From: the human T2T-CHM13v2.0 reference genome, Homo sapiens | DNA: 64,000 bases | Strand: one strand, 5' to 3' | Assembly (NCBI RefSeq): GCF_009914755.1 | Contig: NC_060929.1 | Part shown: piece by piece, positions 13,410 to 26,489 of the stretch | How the letters are laid out: every line of letters starts with the position of its first letter | Position numbering within the stretch: the first letter of the stretch is position 1 | Notes under the pieces: model-generated | What the model was told of the DNA's origin: nothing | What the model saw: only the letters and a program-made list of their open reading frames with translations | Databases searched by the model: none | Program-made: the position numbers and the translations under genes

Positions 13410-13888
13410 TTGTACCAATCAACATCCCAGAAAAAAAAAAAAAAAACAAGGAGACATGGTTAAATTGGGATTTTCTTAAGAAAGTTTAATAAAGGGATTA
13501 TTTGCAAAGATGTGGCAGGTTGTAGAGATGATGCTCTGCCCTGGAGCTAGTAATGGCAGGGCTGTTACCTGTCCTTAAGCCTGAAGGGAAGAGGGTAGGG
13601 AGTAGTTTTCCAGAACACAGAAGGAGAGTCTCCTAGAAAGCTTCTGGGGAGGAATAGTGACAGCCTAAGGCAATGCTGCAGGGCAAGCATTCAGAATAAA
13701 TCCCCAGCCTCACTCTCAGCCCTCCCTCTCATCTTCTGTCTGGGCACCCTATTGGCTAAACCAAAAAAAAAAAAGCAAAGGACAAGGGAGCCTCTAGTGG
13801 TCCATGCAGGTCAGCCTCCTTGGGAGGGAGACCAAGGAGTAGCAGGTGGACAGTGGATCTGAAGGAAAAAATGACAATATCTAGTATA
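13410..13888 (-). mobile_element. ERVL solo LTR (LTR33-like) inserted in a MIR
   Basis: GGTCAGCCTC...AGTGGATCTGAAGG...ATATCTAGTA resembles the reverse of the LTR33 5' end. MIR pieces flank it (about 13355-13410 and 13890-14040, the latter with CAGATGAGGAAATTGAGG). Confidence 0.6.
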
Positions 13889-14213
13889 AATACATATCAT
13901 TTAATTTGCACAAGAACACTCATTATTCACATTCTGCAGATGAGGAAATTGAGGTCTAGAGACTAAGTAACTAGTTCAAGGTCAGATAGTTAAGTTAAGG
14001 AGTCAAATTAGCATCTAGCTCTCTCCAGAGCCTATGTTCAAAATCATTGGTGTACTTTCAATGTCTTATCCTCTAAACATAGAGTCTTTATAAATATTAC
14101 TATTTTAACTGTCAGTTAAATCATGTTTGCACTGATGTGGTGACCAAGGAAATATTGGCCACAGAACAGAATAGCTAGCAAGTCTTTGGAACAACATAGT
14201 TGTTTAGCTGGGC

Positions 14214-14529
<316 letters not shown>

Positions 14530-15779
14530 TTTTTTTAATTTTTAACCAAAGTGCTCAAATCTGGGAAAAATCTCACAGATGAACTGGAAAGGGAGAGTGA
14601 TCATTAGAACCTAATTTAGGAATAAATCCTTGGAATTTTTCAATCTTTCTTTGGTAAATGTTTCTTATGTGCTCCCCCATCTGACAAAGCCTATAGATGT
14701 AGATTGAGCATTATTTTTCTTTAGAAAGAAAGCACTTTAAACTTCCAGGTGCTGGAATTAGATATGCTGGATATCACATCAAACCAGATGGCAGCAAAGG
14801 TGGCATGATCAGCACAAATGTAAAACATGCAGTTTAATTCTTACAAAAAAAATCCTTCCTGCCAGGTGATTCAAAACCAGCCATGACATGAAACTTTTTT
14901 TTTTTTTGAGAAGACAGAGTTCCTTTAATCAGGGAATCAATATCCATAATTTTCATTCAAAATGGTATTATGTTAAAGCAGGTTTTAATTCAAAAACTCT
15001 TCTGTATACTTATTTATATGTACATGTTTTTATACTAAGTAAAATTTTTCCTCATATTTTTATAATGCTACACACACAAACTACATGTGCTGTACATTTA
15101 AATTTTTACATACATAAATTTATTATAACATAAAAAGTAAAAGTGATGAATATTGTTTAAAACAACTAATATACTATTTTTAATTTGGGGGTTACATAGA
15201 GTCTCAAATATTTAATTGTGATTTTAAAAGATCTAGTAAAGACTTCTAAAGCTAAAACACAATTTGAATTTAAAAAAGAATGATTATTCTTACACAATTA
15301 TAAATATTTGCAGTAAATATTTTCATCACAATGCTGTTTTGACCCCATTTTTCAAGTATTAGAATATATTCCTTTGATCAAGTGAAGAAAACTGAATCAT
15401 TATAAATGACTAGCTGAAAGTAAATCCTGTTCTTGTGTTTATTTAGCAGATTAAAGATTTGTCCTAGGGAAGATGGCTGGCTTCAGTTCCAAACATAAAA
15501 GTCAGGTGTGTGCACACCAACACATATGTACTTATACTGTAGCTCCACAGCCCTGAAATGTTATTGCCAGATGTTTTTCTATGCATTTTTAGTGATACAT
15601 TGATTTCCTTAAAAGAATAATTTGGTATCATCCAGGTGTGCCAATAAGATTAAGACACTGCTGTTCTAGAAGGAGGCCAACAGTATTTCTTTAATGTAGC
15701 TCTTACATGGAAGCAAACATTAGGCATGCAAAAGAACAATCTCTACCTCCTCCCCACTTTATCACACCTAGGTGTCCTA

Positions 15780-16183
15780 GTTCTGGAAGTCAGAATTCTG
15801 AAATGGATCTATGAGGCTAAAACCCAAATGTCAGCAGAGCTGTGTTTCTTCTTGTTATTTTAGGGGAGTAAATCTATTTCAATGTTTTTTTCCAGTTTTT
15901 CTGTATTCCTTGGCTCAAGGCCTCTTCCTTGAGCCCCTCTGCCTTCTTTCTCTGTTGTCACATCACCTTCTCTGTCTGTGATACTTCCACTTCCCTCTTA
16001 CAAAGACCCTTGTGATTACATTGGGTTTGGCTCATCCAGATAATCCAGAATAACCTCCTTATCTCAAGAGTTTCAACTTAATCACACCTGCAAAGTCTTC
16101 TCTTGCCACCTAAGGAAATATATTCCCAGGCTTGAGGGATTAAGATTTGGACATCTTTGGTGGGCCATTATTGTGTCTACCAC
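15780..16183 (-). mobile_element. MaLR LTR (MLT1C/D-like)
   Basis: CCCTTGTGATTACATTGGG..CAGATAATCCAGAATAA..CTTAATCACACCTGCAAAGTC..GGACATCTTTGG..GCCATTATT..CTACCAC. Confidence 0.8.
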
Positions 16184-17281
16184 GGGGTAAATTTAAAAAG
16201 TATTTGGGAGGATTCGTTAATTTATGAAGATGGTGTGGGATGAGTGAGGGAGACAGTAAATTCTCCCAGGTATATAATTTACTTAATTTTAAGAATAGTG
16301 GTGGTCATCCACTAAGGTGAAGCATATTAGAAAAAAATCATTCAGCTGTGAAGATTATAATGTTGGGGCATGTAAACTGTATGTGACAACTACAAAACAT
16401 TTAAGATTACATATGTGGCTTCTGTTTTGTGGCTCATATTAGATTTCTGCTGGTCAGAGCTACTATAAAAAGTCCTATTTCAAATACACTTGGCCTGTGA
16501 AAATTCAAAGCCTCTTCATGATCTCTTCGAATTCCCAAATATTACATAATCATGGGACTTTCTCCAAATATCTGCTCTATACACAACATAAAATTTGTGC
16601 TCTATATTAGCCCAAATCTCTCTATTTTGCTCTATATTAGCACAACATAAAATTCAGAACCTTTATCCATTATTTAAAGAAAAAGATATGTATGTGTAGA
16701 AACATTATTGGCGATATCTGAGTCATAGAATCACACCATAAGATCTGCCTTCTCTTTTGCTACCCATTTTTCTCCCTTAATTCTTTGTTCATTCTTTCTT
16801 CTTTCTTTTCAGAAACAAAACAATTTCTCTCTTTTTCTCCTGCTTAGTAGTTCAGTAAGCGTCTTATTTTGTTGGAGCATGCTTTTGAGATTTGTCTCTC
16901 TTCCTGCAATCAGGCAGTTTTCTCCTAAGATAAGGTCTAGTGAATAAAATTTTCTTCATCTTTTACACTTGCAATCAAAGATGTAAGTCACTGGAGTGAT
17001 TTCTTAGTGTACTCACAGCTCTGATTTTAGTGAGAGGTGTAGAGTCACATCTATTTACTCCTCTCTGCTATTACAAAATGTGGTAACCCCTAGTGGGACT
17101 TTGGGGAGCACAGTGTAAAAACCATTGTTCTGTTCTCCTGGCTCCAGAGACACCCTACTATCCTAATTTTTCATTTCTGACAAGTCCTCCTCAGTGAAGG
17201 TTGAAGGCTTCTCAACTTCCAAATATCTCTAAAATGCTGGCTTCCTGTTGCTCTCCTCAATCTTCCTTGTGTGTTTTCATC

Positions 17282-17364
17282 CAACAGTGTTTCAACTCTG
17301 CTCCCTAAAGGCTACATTCATTCAACAGTGTTTCAACTCTGCTCTCTAAAGTCTACCTCCATTC
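17282..17364. repeat. ~41-bp tandem duplication (2 copies)
   Basis: CAACAGTGTTTCAACTCTGCTC(C/T)CTAAAG(G/T)CTAC..CATT occurs twice head to tail. Confidence 0.85.
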
Positions 17365-17589
17365 AAATGTAAACCTCCAACACAATTCCCATAAAGGCTT
17401 AAGGTTCAAATAGCAGCACACTTGCTAGGTATTTCCTGTTGGCTTGAGTTTCCACAGGCACCTCAACTTCTTAATAAAGACAATTTCAGAAGAGCATCTC
17501 AGTTTTGAACCTGGCATGCCAATCCTGGGGTCTGACTTGAGTGCTGAAATTGCCTTATCTGGTTTAGATGCAGTGTTACTGAATTGATT

Positions 17590-17760
17590 ACCGAGTCTGG
17601 GAAATCCCGTGAAGTCCCACTGCAAGCTGGAGACCCAGGAAAGCCAGCAGTGTAGTTCAAAGGCCTGAGAACGAGAGCTAATACTGTACATTCTAGTCTG
17701 AGTCTGGAGGAGCACTGAAGCAGAAGATTTATGTCTCAACTCCAGCAGTCAGGCAGAGAG
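17590..17760 (-). mobile_element. MLT2-like ERVL LTR fragment
   Basis: TGCAAGCTGGAGACCCAGGAAAGCC...AAGGCCTGAGAAC...CAGTCAGGCAGAGAG. Confidence 0.65.
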
Positions 17761-18439
17761 ATTGGATACTAAACTTATACTGAATTATAATGTAGCATAT
17801 TTATATCTATTTTTTTAATTCCTCCAGGCATCAATTAACTTGTGTCCTGGAGAAAAATTACAGTGAAAACCACAGGATACCCTTCAGTAACACATAAAAA
17901 AAATTAATGGGTTTAAAACAGTACAAATAACCTAGATTTCAAGATCTAGAGAAAACAAGTAATTTGCATACATGTGGTTCCTTGCAAGCAAAAATTGAGA
18001 CAATTAAGAAAAATAACTGAATATGAAAAAATTAAGTTCTACACAGCTACAATCTAATTTCCAACAGTATATCAAAGGAATAATTAAGACATGCTTCTTA
18101 TTTTTAGAAATGTTTTAAAGGGTAAGCTCATCTGGGGCTCATAAGAACATTTTCTTAATTTTTAATGAAACAAATACAAATAGCTAAACACTGAAGAACA
18201 TTGTGCCAAAGGCTTGAGTTTGCAGTATTAGTAAAAATTTGTGCATACCCTTCTAAGCAACAAGAAAAGACATTGCACATTATTACAGAGTGCCTGTCTT
18301 CCAATCTGCTTAAAAGGCTTCTCAGACCTTACAAAGTGTTGGCTTTTAAGTGCATAAAACTTGGAGAGGGGCTTGAAATCACAGACAGATAAGAATAAAT
18401 TTCCTAAAGATGGATTTATCCATGTCTCCTATTTCATAA

Positions 18440-18656
18440 ATTTGACCAGTCAGAGATTCACCTGGCCAGTGGCCAGCTGTTCCAGCCATCCACGATGAGG
18501 CGCCAGGCATGCAAGGGAAGAAGCCATCTTGAATGTCCAGTGAAAATTGCTGAGATAAGCACAATCAGTGTACAGAACTGTGAAACAGTAATTAAATGTT
18601 TTGATTCACCACACTTTTTGCTAGTTTGTTACATAGCAGTAGATAACTGAAACACT
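18440..18656 (+). mobile_element. MLT1 (H/I/J-like) LTR 3' fragment
   Basis: GAAGAAGCCATCTTG and the terminal TTTGTTACATAGCAGTAGATAACTGAAACA. Confidence 0.7.
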
Positions 18657-21328
18657 GTATATAGCCTATCTTTGGAAGAGTATATACAACTTTCAATCCC
18701 ATCTAATTATTCTTTACCAACAACCATGAAAGATATAGTTTGAGGGAACATATTTGGAAAGATTTAAATAAGGCATGACATTTCTCCATTCAACATTTAA
18801 AGAATTTGAAAGATAGCCTACTGACAAGTTATCAGTTGGCCCAACAGGACACCCAAATGAATTAGATGGGCAAAAAGTCAACATGTACATTCCTCTTAAT
18901 ATTTATGATAATAAGGTAACTGAAGATGCTTCCTTCGACAAAATCATAAGGAACCATCAGATCTCCAACTGAGAAATATTGATCGGTAATTGGAGTTTGG
19001 CTCCATCAAACCTAGTACAAAAAGCAAACAAGATCTGCTGATCAAATTCACCTCTCCAAAATAGAAGCTGTTTTTTATATGAAAAGAGATCCAGTTAATT
19101 ATCTCATCTTCTAGCCAAGTAGTTGACAGGGAAACCACTGGGCTGATGGTCTGATTTTGGTCTTGTTGTATTTGCTAGTGAAAAGAGTTCATTAAGTGGA
19201 TGGGAATTTTGAGTTACCTCAACAACTATCATTGCTCAGCAAAAAAAATGAATTAGAATATTACCTAACATCAATTCTAAAGAAGCCACTCTGTAAAACC
19301 ATAGGATCTTACTTCTGTAACTGTTTCTTCTGTGGCTTAGTTCTGGTGTTTGGGGAGTAGGAAGGATAACTCTTAAAGATCCCCCCAAGAATGGTGTTAC
19401 ATAAGTGTTTAAGGAGCTGTGAACTTTCAGTGCTGCACAGAAAACTGAAGAAGTACCCAATTATTTTTAAAATTGGAGGGTTGTCAGTGGGATTAGTACT
19501 ATTAGTGCTCAACATCACTAATTTCTGTTGTCTCCTCAAGGACTCAGTTTTAGAAAGGCATGCAAAAATAACTAATTTGGATTCCTTGACCATGGTAGGG
19601 GTTCTCTATGCATGAAATCCTTAATTTGTAGAATTATAGGGATGTTTGGGGTCTGTTATATTTAGTAGGCTATTATTTGCCTTGTAGGCTAGCATGGATT
19701 TTTTAGTAACAAACTAACATTTTCAAATAATGTGAGATTTAACTAAGGAAAGTGAGTGTATTCCAACTAACTTGAATGTTACACTGGTTTCATCACACTG
19801 AAGTATTTCATTACATACTGACCTGTCAGAAGTAACAGTATGCAGAGAATTTACAAAATTTATACCATTAAATTTAAGACATTTCTGTTTTACTTTCAAC
19901 CAAGAGCCCTAAGGACTAAAGCATCATCTGATATTAATTTTCTATTGGTTTCAGAATCTGCCACAGAAATGATAGGTTAAAACACTGGGAAAACATCATA
20001 GGCCAGCACAGTTAGGCTCACTATCAAGGCTCTACTTCATTTATTTGAGATAAACATGACAATGTATTTTTCCTCTGTCTTTTCTATGCAAAAGGAAATC
20101 AATTTTCTTTACAAAATTGGGAATGTGCTGTACCAAAATAAAAGATGTAAGTATATATGGAAATTGAGTATGTAACACCAAGATGGCATTTCAAACTAAT
20201 GAAGGAAATGGACAGTTATTTTCTTTTTCTTTTTTCTTTTTAATGTTTTTAATTGACAAAAATGTATGTATTTGTGATATACATAATGTTTTGATATATG
20301 TATACATTGTAGAATGGTTAAATCAAGCTAATTAGATTTGTTCTTTAAATGGTTGTTTCAAACAGCTAGCTGTTAAGAAAAAAAAAAGCAAAGCTAGACC
20401 TACCACTCAATAAATTCTAGACAAATTAAATATTTAAATATTAAATTATGAAATTTAAAAAGACTCAAGGAAAATACGGAAGACTTTTTTTTTATTTAAT
20501 TTTTCATAGGGGAGGAAGATGGCTGAACAGAAGCTCCCACCAATTGTCCTCCCAACAGGAACACCAAATTGAACAACTATCCACACAAAAAAAAGCATCT
20601 TCATGAGAAGCAAAATCAGGTGAGCAATCACAGTATCTGGTTCTAACTTCATATTACTGAAAGAGGCATTGACGAGGGTAGGAAAGACAGTCTTGAATCA
20701 CCAGTGCCACCCCTCTTCCATCCCTCAGGAGTTGCCTCCTTGTACAAGAGAGAATCTGTGTGCTTGGGGGAGAGAGAGTGCAGTGATTGTGCGACTTTGC
20801 ATTGGAACTCAGCACTGCCCTATCACTGTGGAAAGCAACACTGTGCAGAACTCAGTTGGCACTCACAGAGGGAACATTTAGACCAGCCCATGCCAGAGGG
20901 GAATTACCCATCCCAGAGGTTGAAACCTGTGTTCCATTCCTGGGCAAATGCTAATGTTATGCTGGGCTTGCAGCCGTTAAACTTAGGGGCACGTGACCTA
21001 GTGAGCCACCAGCCAGACTAGCCAAGGAAGTGCTTGCACCACCTCTCCCCCAACCCTAGCCAGCACACCTCGCAGCTCCAGGAGGAGATCCTTCCTTGCA
21101 CTTGAGAACAGGAGAGGGAAGAGTACAGAGGACTTTACCTTGCAACTTGGGTACCTGTGCAGCCTCAGTAGGATAGGGCACCAGGCAGAGTCCCAAGGCC
21201 CCCATCCTAGGCCCTAGCTCCCAGACATTTCTAGACACATCCTGGGCCAGAAGGGAATCCACTGCCTTGAAGGGAAGGATCTAGTCTTTGCAGGTTTCAT
21301 TTCCTGCTGACTACAGAGCCCTTGGTCA

Positions 21329-22362
21329 AAGCAAATGCAACAAAACCAAAAATAAATAAATGGAACCTAATTAAACTAAAAAGTTTTGCACAGCAAAAGA
21401 AATAATCAGCAGAGTAAACAGACAACCCAGAGTGGGAGAAAATATTCACAAACTATGCATCTGACAAAGGACTAATATCCAGAATCTACATAGAACTCAA
21501 ACAAATCAGCAAGAAATAAACAAATAATCTCATCAAAAAGTGGGCAAAGGACATAAATAGACAATTCTCGAAATAAAATACACCAACAGCCAACAAACAT
21601 ATGGGAAAAAATGCTCAACATCACTAATTATAAGGGAAATGCAAATTAAAACCACAATGCAGTATCACCATATTCCTGCAAGAATGGTCATAATTTAAAA
21701 ATCAAGAAATAATAGATGTTGGTGTGGATGTGGTAAAAAGGAAACACTTTTACACTGCTAGTGGGAATGTAAACTAGTACAACCACTATGGAAACTATGG
21801 TGATAAAGAACTAAAAATAGAGCTACCAATCATCCAGCAATCCCACTACTGAGTACCCAGAGGAAAATGATTACATGAAAAAGACACTGCACTTACCTGT
21901 TTATAGCAGCACAATTCACACTTATAAAAATATGGAACCAACTTAAATGCCCATCAACCAACGAGTGGATAAAGAAAATGTGGTACATATACACCTTGGG
22001 ATACTATTCAGCCATAAAACTGAATGAAATAATAGCCTTTGTAGCAACCTGGATGGAGCTGGAGGCCATTTTCTAACTGAAGTAACTCAGGAATGGAAAA
22101 CCAAATATCATATGTTCTAACTTATAAGTGGAAGCTAAGCTATGAGAATGCAAAGGCATAAGAATGATATAATGGACTTTAGGGACTCGGGGAGAAGGGT
22201 TGGGGTTGGTGAGGCATAAAAAACTACATATTGGCTACAGTGTACACTATTTGGATGACAGGTACACCAAAATCTCAGAAATCACCACTAAAGAACTTAT
22301 CCTAAGATAAGATACTATAACTAAAAACCACCTATATGCCCAAAACTTGAAAGTTTTAAAAA
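21329..22362 (+). mobile_element. 5'-truncated L1PB inserted into the L1MA 5'UTR
   Basis: L1PB 3' end (GCAAAGGCATAAGAATGATATAATGGAC, CACCAAAATCTCAGAAATCACCACTAAAGAAC). Perfect TSD AGAGCCCTTGGTCA at 21315-21328 and 22363-22376. Confidence 0.92.
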
Positions 22363-24412
22363 AGAGCCCTTGGTCACTGAATAATCAGCAATGGTAGGCA
22401 GTAATCATCATGGGCTGGAGTAAGACTCAAAGATGTGCTGGCTTCAGTTGTGACCCAGCACATTCCCAGCTGCGGTGGCTCAGGGAGAGACTCTTTTTGC
22501 TTTCGGAAAGAAACAGTAAGAGTGAAGGAAACTTTGTCTTGAGCTTAGGTACCAGCTTGGCCACAGTGAGGTAGAACAACAAGCAGCCTCTTGGGGCTCC
22601 CAATTCTAAGCTGTGACTCTTGGACAAGATTTCTGGACCTGCCCTGGGACAGAGGGGAGCACAATCCCCTTGAAGGGAGAGACACAGGCCTGGCAGCATT
22701 GACCGCAAGCTGACAGAAGAACCCTTGGGCCATGAGTGAACCATCAGCAATAGCCAGGGAGTACTCACCACAGGACTGGGGTGGTGATGGCCATGGAGAG
22801 AGATTCCTCTGGTTATGGAAAGGGGAGGGAAGAGTGAGAAGAACTTTGTCTTGCAGTATGGGTGCCAGCACAGCTTCAGTAGAAGAGAGCACCAGGTAGA
22901 TTCCTAAGGTTTCCAACTCCAGGCCCTTGTCACAGACGTCATCACTGGACCTGCCCAGAGATAGGGGGAGCTTGCTGTCCTGAATGGAAGCACGCAAGCC
23001 TGGCTAGATTTGCCACCTACTGGTTGTAGAGTCTTAGGGCTTTTAGCAAACATAGGCAGTAGCCAGGCAGTGGATACCATGGGCACTGGGCAAGACCCAC
23101 TGCTTTGCTGGTTTCACATCTGACCCAGTTCAGTCCCAATTGTGGTGGCTACAGTTGTGCTTGTGTCACCCCTCCTCCAGCTCCAGACAGCTTAGCACAG
23201 GAAAGAGATTCTGTTTGTTTAGGAGAAAGTAAGGGAAGAGAAGAGTCTCTGCCTGGTAAATCAGAGAATTCATCCAGATCTTATCCAAGACCACCAAGGC
23301 TCTTCCTCTAAAAGTCTGCAAGAGCTACAGTATTACTGGGCTTGGGGTGCCCCCTAATGCAGATATGGCTGTAGTGACCAAAAACTTAGATCATAACACC
23401 CAAATCCCTTCAAATACCTGGAAAGCCTTCCAAAGAATGACAGGTACAAACAAGGCCAGACTGTGAAGACTACAATAAATACCTAATTTTCAATTCCAAG
23501 AAACTGGTGAATATTCACGAGCATGAAGGCCATCCAGGAAAACATGACCTCACCAAACATAAGTCACCGGGGATCGATCATGGAAAGACAGAGATATGTG
23601 CCTTTCAGACAAAGAACTCAAAATAGCTGTTTTGAGAAACCTCAGTGAAATTCAAGATAACACAAAGAAGAAATTCACAATCCTATCAGATAAATTTAAC
23701 AAAGAGATTGGAATAAATTAAAATAATCAAGCAGAAATTTCATAATTGAAAAGTGCAATTGACATACTGAAGAATGCATCAGAGTCTCTTAACAACAGAA
23801 TTGATCAAGCAGAACTAGTGAGCTTGAAGACAGACTATTTGAAAATGCAGTCAGAGAAGACAAAAGAAAAAAGAATAAAAAACAATGAAGCACACCTATA
23901 AGATCTGGCAAATAGCCTTAAAAAGGGCAAAGATAAGAGTTATTGGCCTTAAAAAGAAGGTAGAGAAAGAGATAGGGGTAGAAAGCTGATTCAAAGGGTT
24001 AACAACAAGACTTCCCAAACCTAGAGAAAGATATTAATATTCAAGTACAAGGAGGTTATAGAACACCAAGCAGAGTCAACCTAAATAAGACTACCTCAAG
24101 GCATCATATAATCAAACTCTCAAAAGTCAAGGATAAAGAAAGGATGCTAAAAGCAGCAAGAGAAAAGAAACAACAAACAATGGAGCCCCAGTACATCTGG
24201 CAGCCGACTTTTCGGTGGAACCTTTACAGGCCGAGAGAAGGTGAGTGGAATGACATATTTAAAGTGCTGAAGGAAAACACTTTTATCCTAGAATAGTATA
24301 TCCAGTGAAAATCTCCTTCCTTCAAACATGAAGGAGAAATAAAGACTTTCCCTGACAAACAAAAGCTTAAGGATTTAATCATCAGACCTGTCCCACAAGA
24401 AATCTTAAAGGG

Positions 24413-24586
24413 GGGCCGGGCGTGGTGGCAGGTGCTTGTAGTCCCAGCTACTCAGGAGGCTGAGGCAGGAGAATGGCATGAACCCGGGAGGCGGAGCTTG
24501 CAGTGAGCCCAGATCGCGCCACTGCACTCCAGCCTGGGCGACAGAGCGAAACTCTGTCTCAAAAAAAAAAAAAAAAAAAAGAAAGA
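24413..24586 (+). mobile_element. 5'-truncated AluY (right monomer only) in L1 ORF1
   Basis: AGAATGGCATGAACCCGGGAGGCGGAGCTTGC followed by poly-A. TSD AAGAAATCTTAAAGGG at 24397-24412 and 24587-24602. Confidence 0.92.
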
Positions 24587-25226
24587 AAGAAATCTTAAAG
24601 GGAGTTCTTCAATCTGAAAGAAAAGGACGTTAATGGCAATAGGAAATCATCAAAAGATAGAAAAGTCACTGGTAATATTAAGCACACAGAAAAACACTAA
24701 TGTTATAACACTAATTGCAGTGTATAAACTACTAATATCTTGGATAGAAAGACTAAAAGATAAACTGATCAAAATAATAACTACAACAGCTTCAACTTTT
24801 CAATACATGGACAGTATAATAAGATATGAATAGAAATAATAAAAAGTTAAAAAGCTGCGGGACAAAGTTGAAGTGTAGAGTTTTTACTTATTAGTTTTCT
24901 CCTTGCTTGTTTGCAGGTTTGCTTGTTTGTTTTTGCAGTTTTCAGTTGTTATCAGTTTAAAATAATGAGTTGCAGATTATTATTTGCCAGCCACAGGGTA
25001 ACCTCAAATAGAAACATACAACAAATATACAAAAAAGGGCAAGAAATTAAAATATGCCACCTGAGAAAATCACCTTCACTGAAAGGAAGACAGGAAGGAA
25101 AGAAGGAAGAGAAGACCACAAAACAACCAGAAAACAAATTTTAAAAGGCAAGTATACATCCTTACTTATCAATAATAAGATTGAATATAACTAAACTAAA
25201 CTCTCCAATAAAAAGACATAGAGTGG

Positions 25227-26489
25227 GCACCGGTGGGAGGTAGGCGCGGGGCTCGGAGTGCGGCAGGCGGGCGGACCGGCGGAGGCAGTATCGCACCGGC
25301 GGCGACGGAGGGCTCAGGGGTAGTCGGTTGGGTGGGGGCCCGCTGAACTGACAAGCGGCATTTCAGCTCCTTTCTTCCACCAGTCGGAACCCCAGAGCAG
25401 GGACCCGCCCAGCCGGTGTCACCATGACCAAGGCAGTAGCAAGGGGGGGAACCTCCGCGACAAGCTGGACTGCAACGAACTGGACCTGTGTCTCAGCGAC
25501 CTGAATGAAGTCCCAGTGAAGGAGCTGGCTGCCCTTCCAGAGGCCACCATCCTGTGGAGTCCTGCCCAACTTATGTGGCTTCCATAAAATGGCAACAGTC
25601 CAGGCTCCTTGCCTCAATTTTAGAGTATTAACTCCCTAATTGCTAGTAAGCAAGGAGGTGGATCTCTGCAAACCTACACTGTCTATGACTGCTGTAGTTG
25701 TACTTGGTGTGACTAAATACCTCAAAGGCAACCTGTTTTTGCGGGTTTTGAAGTGTCAGCTTCATAAGACACTGAGGTTTAGAATTGTTTGATTCTAGAC
25801 CATAACTGAAGGGAATAAATGGAAACAGAGGAAATGAAGGGAAACAAGTAGCTTCACGGACCTGAAAAGTGGTGTATCACCCAATGACTAGCACAAACAA
25901 GGATCGCACTATCCATTCTCTTGCCTGCTAGATTAAGCATTGTCTTGCCTCCTTTGCTTCATCTTTTCACAACAGCTGGATGGAGGGATCAGAAATGACT
26001 GTGTCATGGTGCTCATTCACTGAAAACTCCCAGTTGCAAGCTCCTTGCCTCCCCCGGAGGGAGCAAGAACCTGTCATAGTTCAGAGACAGAGAGGGCAGG
26101 GTCCAGCCTTTTAGCCCTAGTGACCTGTTTGGATGGGACTGACACTCATGACTGTCCTGATATTGGAAGAAAGGACTTTGTTAATCTTCTCCCCTATAGC
26201 TCTGCTGTGTAGGTCTACACCTTACTCAGAATCACTACACATTCCTTTAGTCTTCCTCCAAGCTCCAGAGCCACTGGTACAAATGCTTTATTGAAACTAA
26301 ATACATAATACATATAATGAGATCAAGACAACATAGAAGTCCTCATAGTCGTCATATCCCATTACTTGGCCAGTTGAGGCAGCTCAGTGGCTGAGCCCAG
26401 TCAAGCCAACCCACAGCTTCATTCACAACTTCAAGATTTGATGCTAATTCTTTTGGATTTCTACAGTTATTAAATATATGTCTGAGAAA
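25227..26489 (+). pseudogene. LRRC59: Processed pseudogene of LRRC59, internally deleted, inserted in the start of L1 ORF2
   Basis: GC-rich 5'UTR and ATG at 25424. Frameshifted [15 protein letters not shown](C)NELDL(C)[16 protein letters not shown](E)ATIL, then an abrupt switch at about 25555 to 3'UTR-like sequence. ATTAAA and A tail. TSD AAAAAGACATAGAGTGG at 25210-25226 and 26490-26506. Confidence 0.9.

Noticed and set aside
19236-19615. Hydrophobic 74-94 aa ORFs
   Set aside because: No recognisable family and no splice context; the lengths are compatible with chance.
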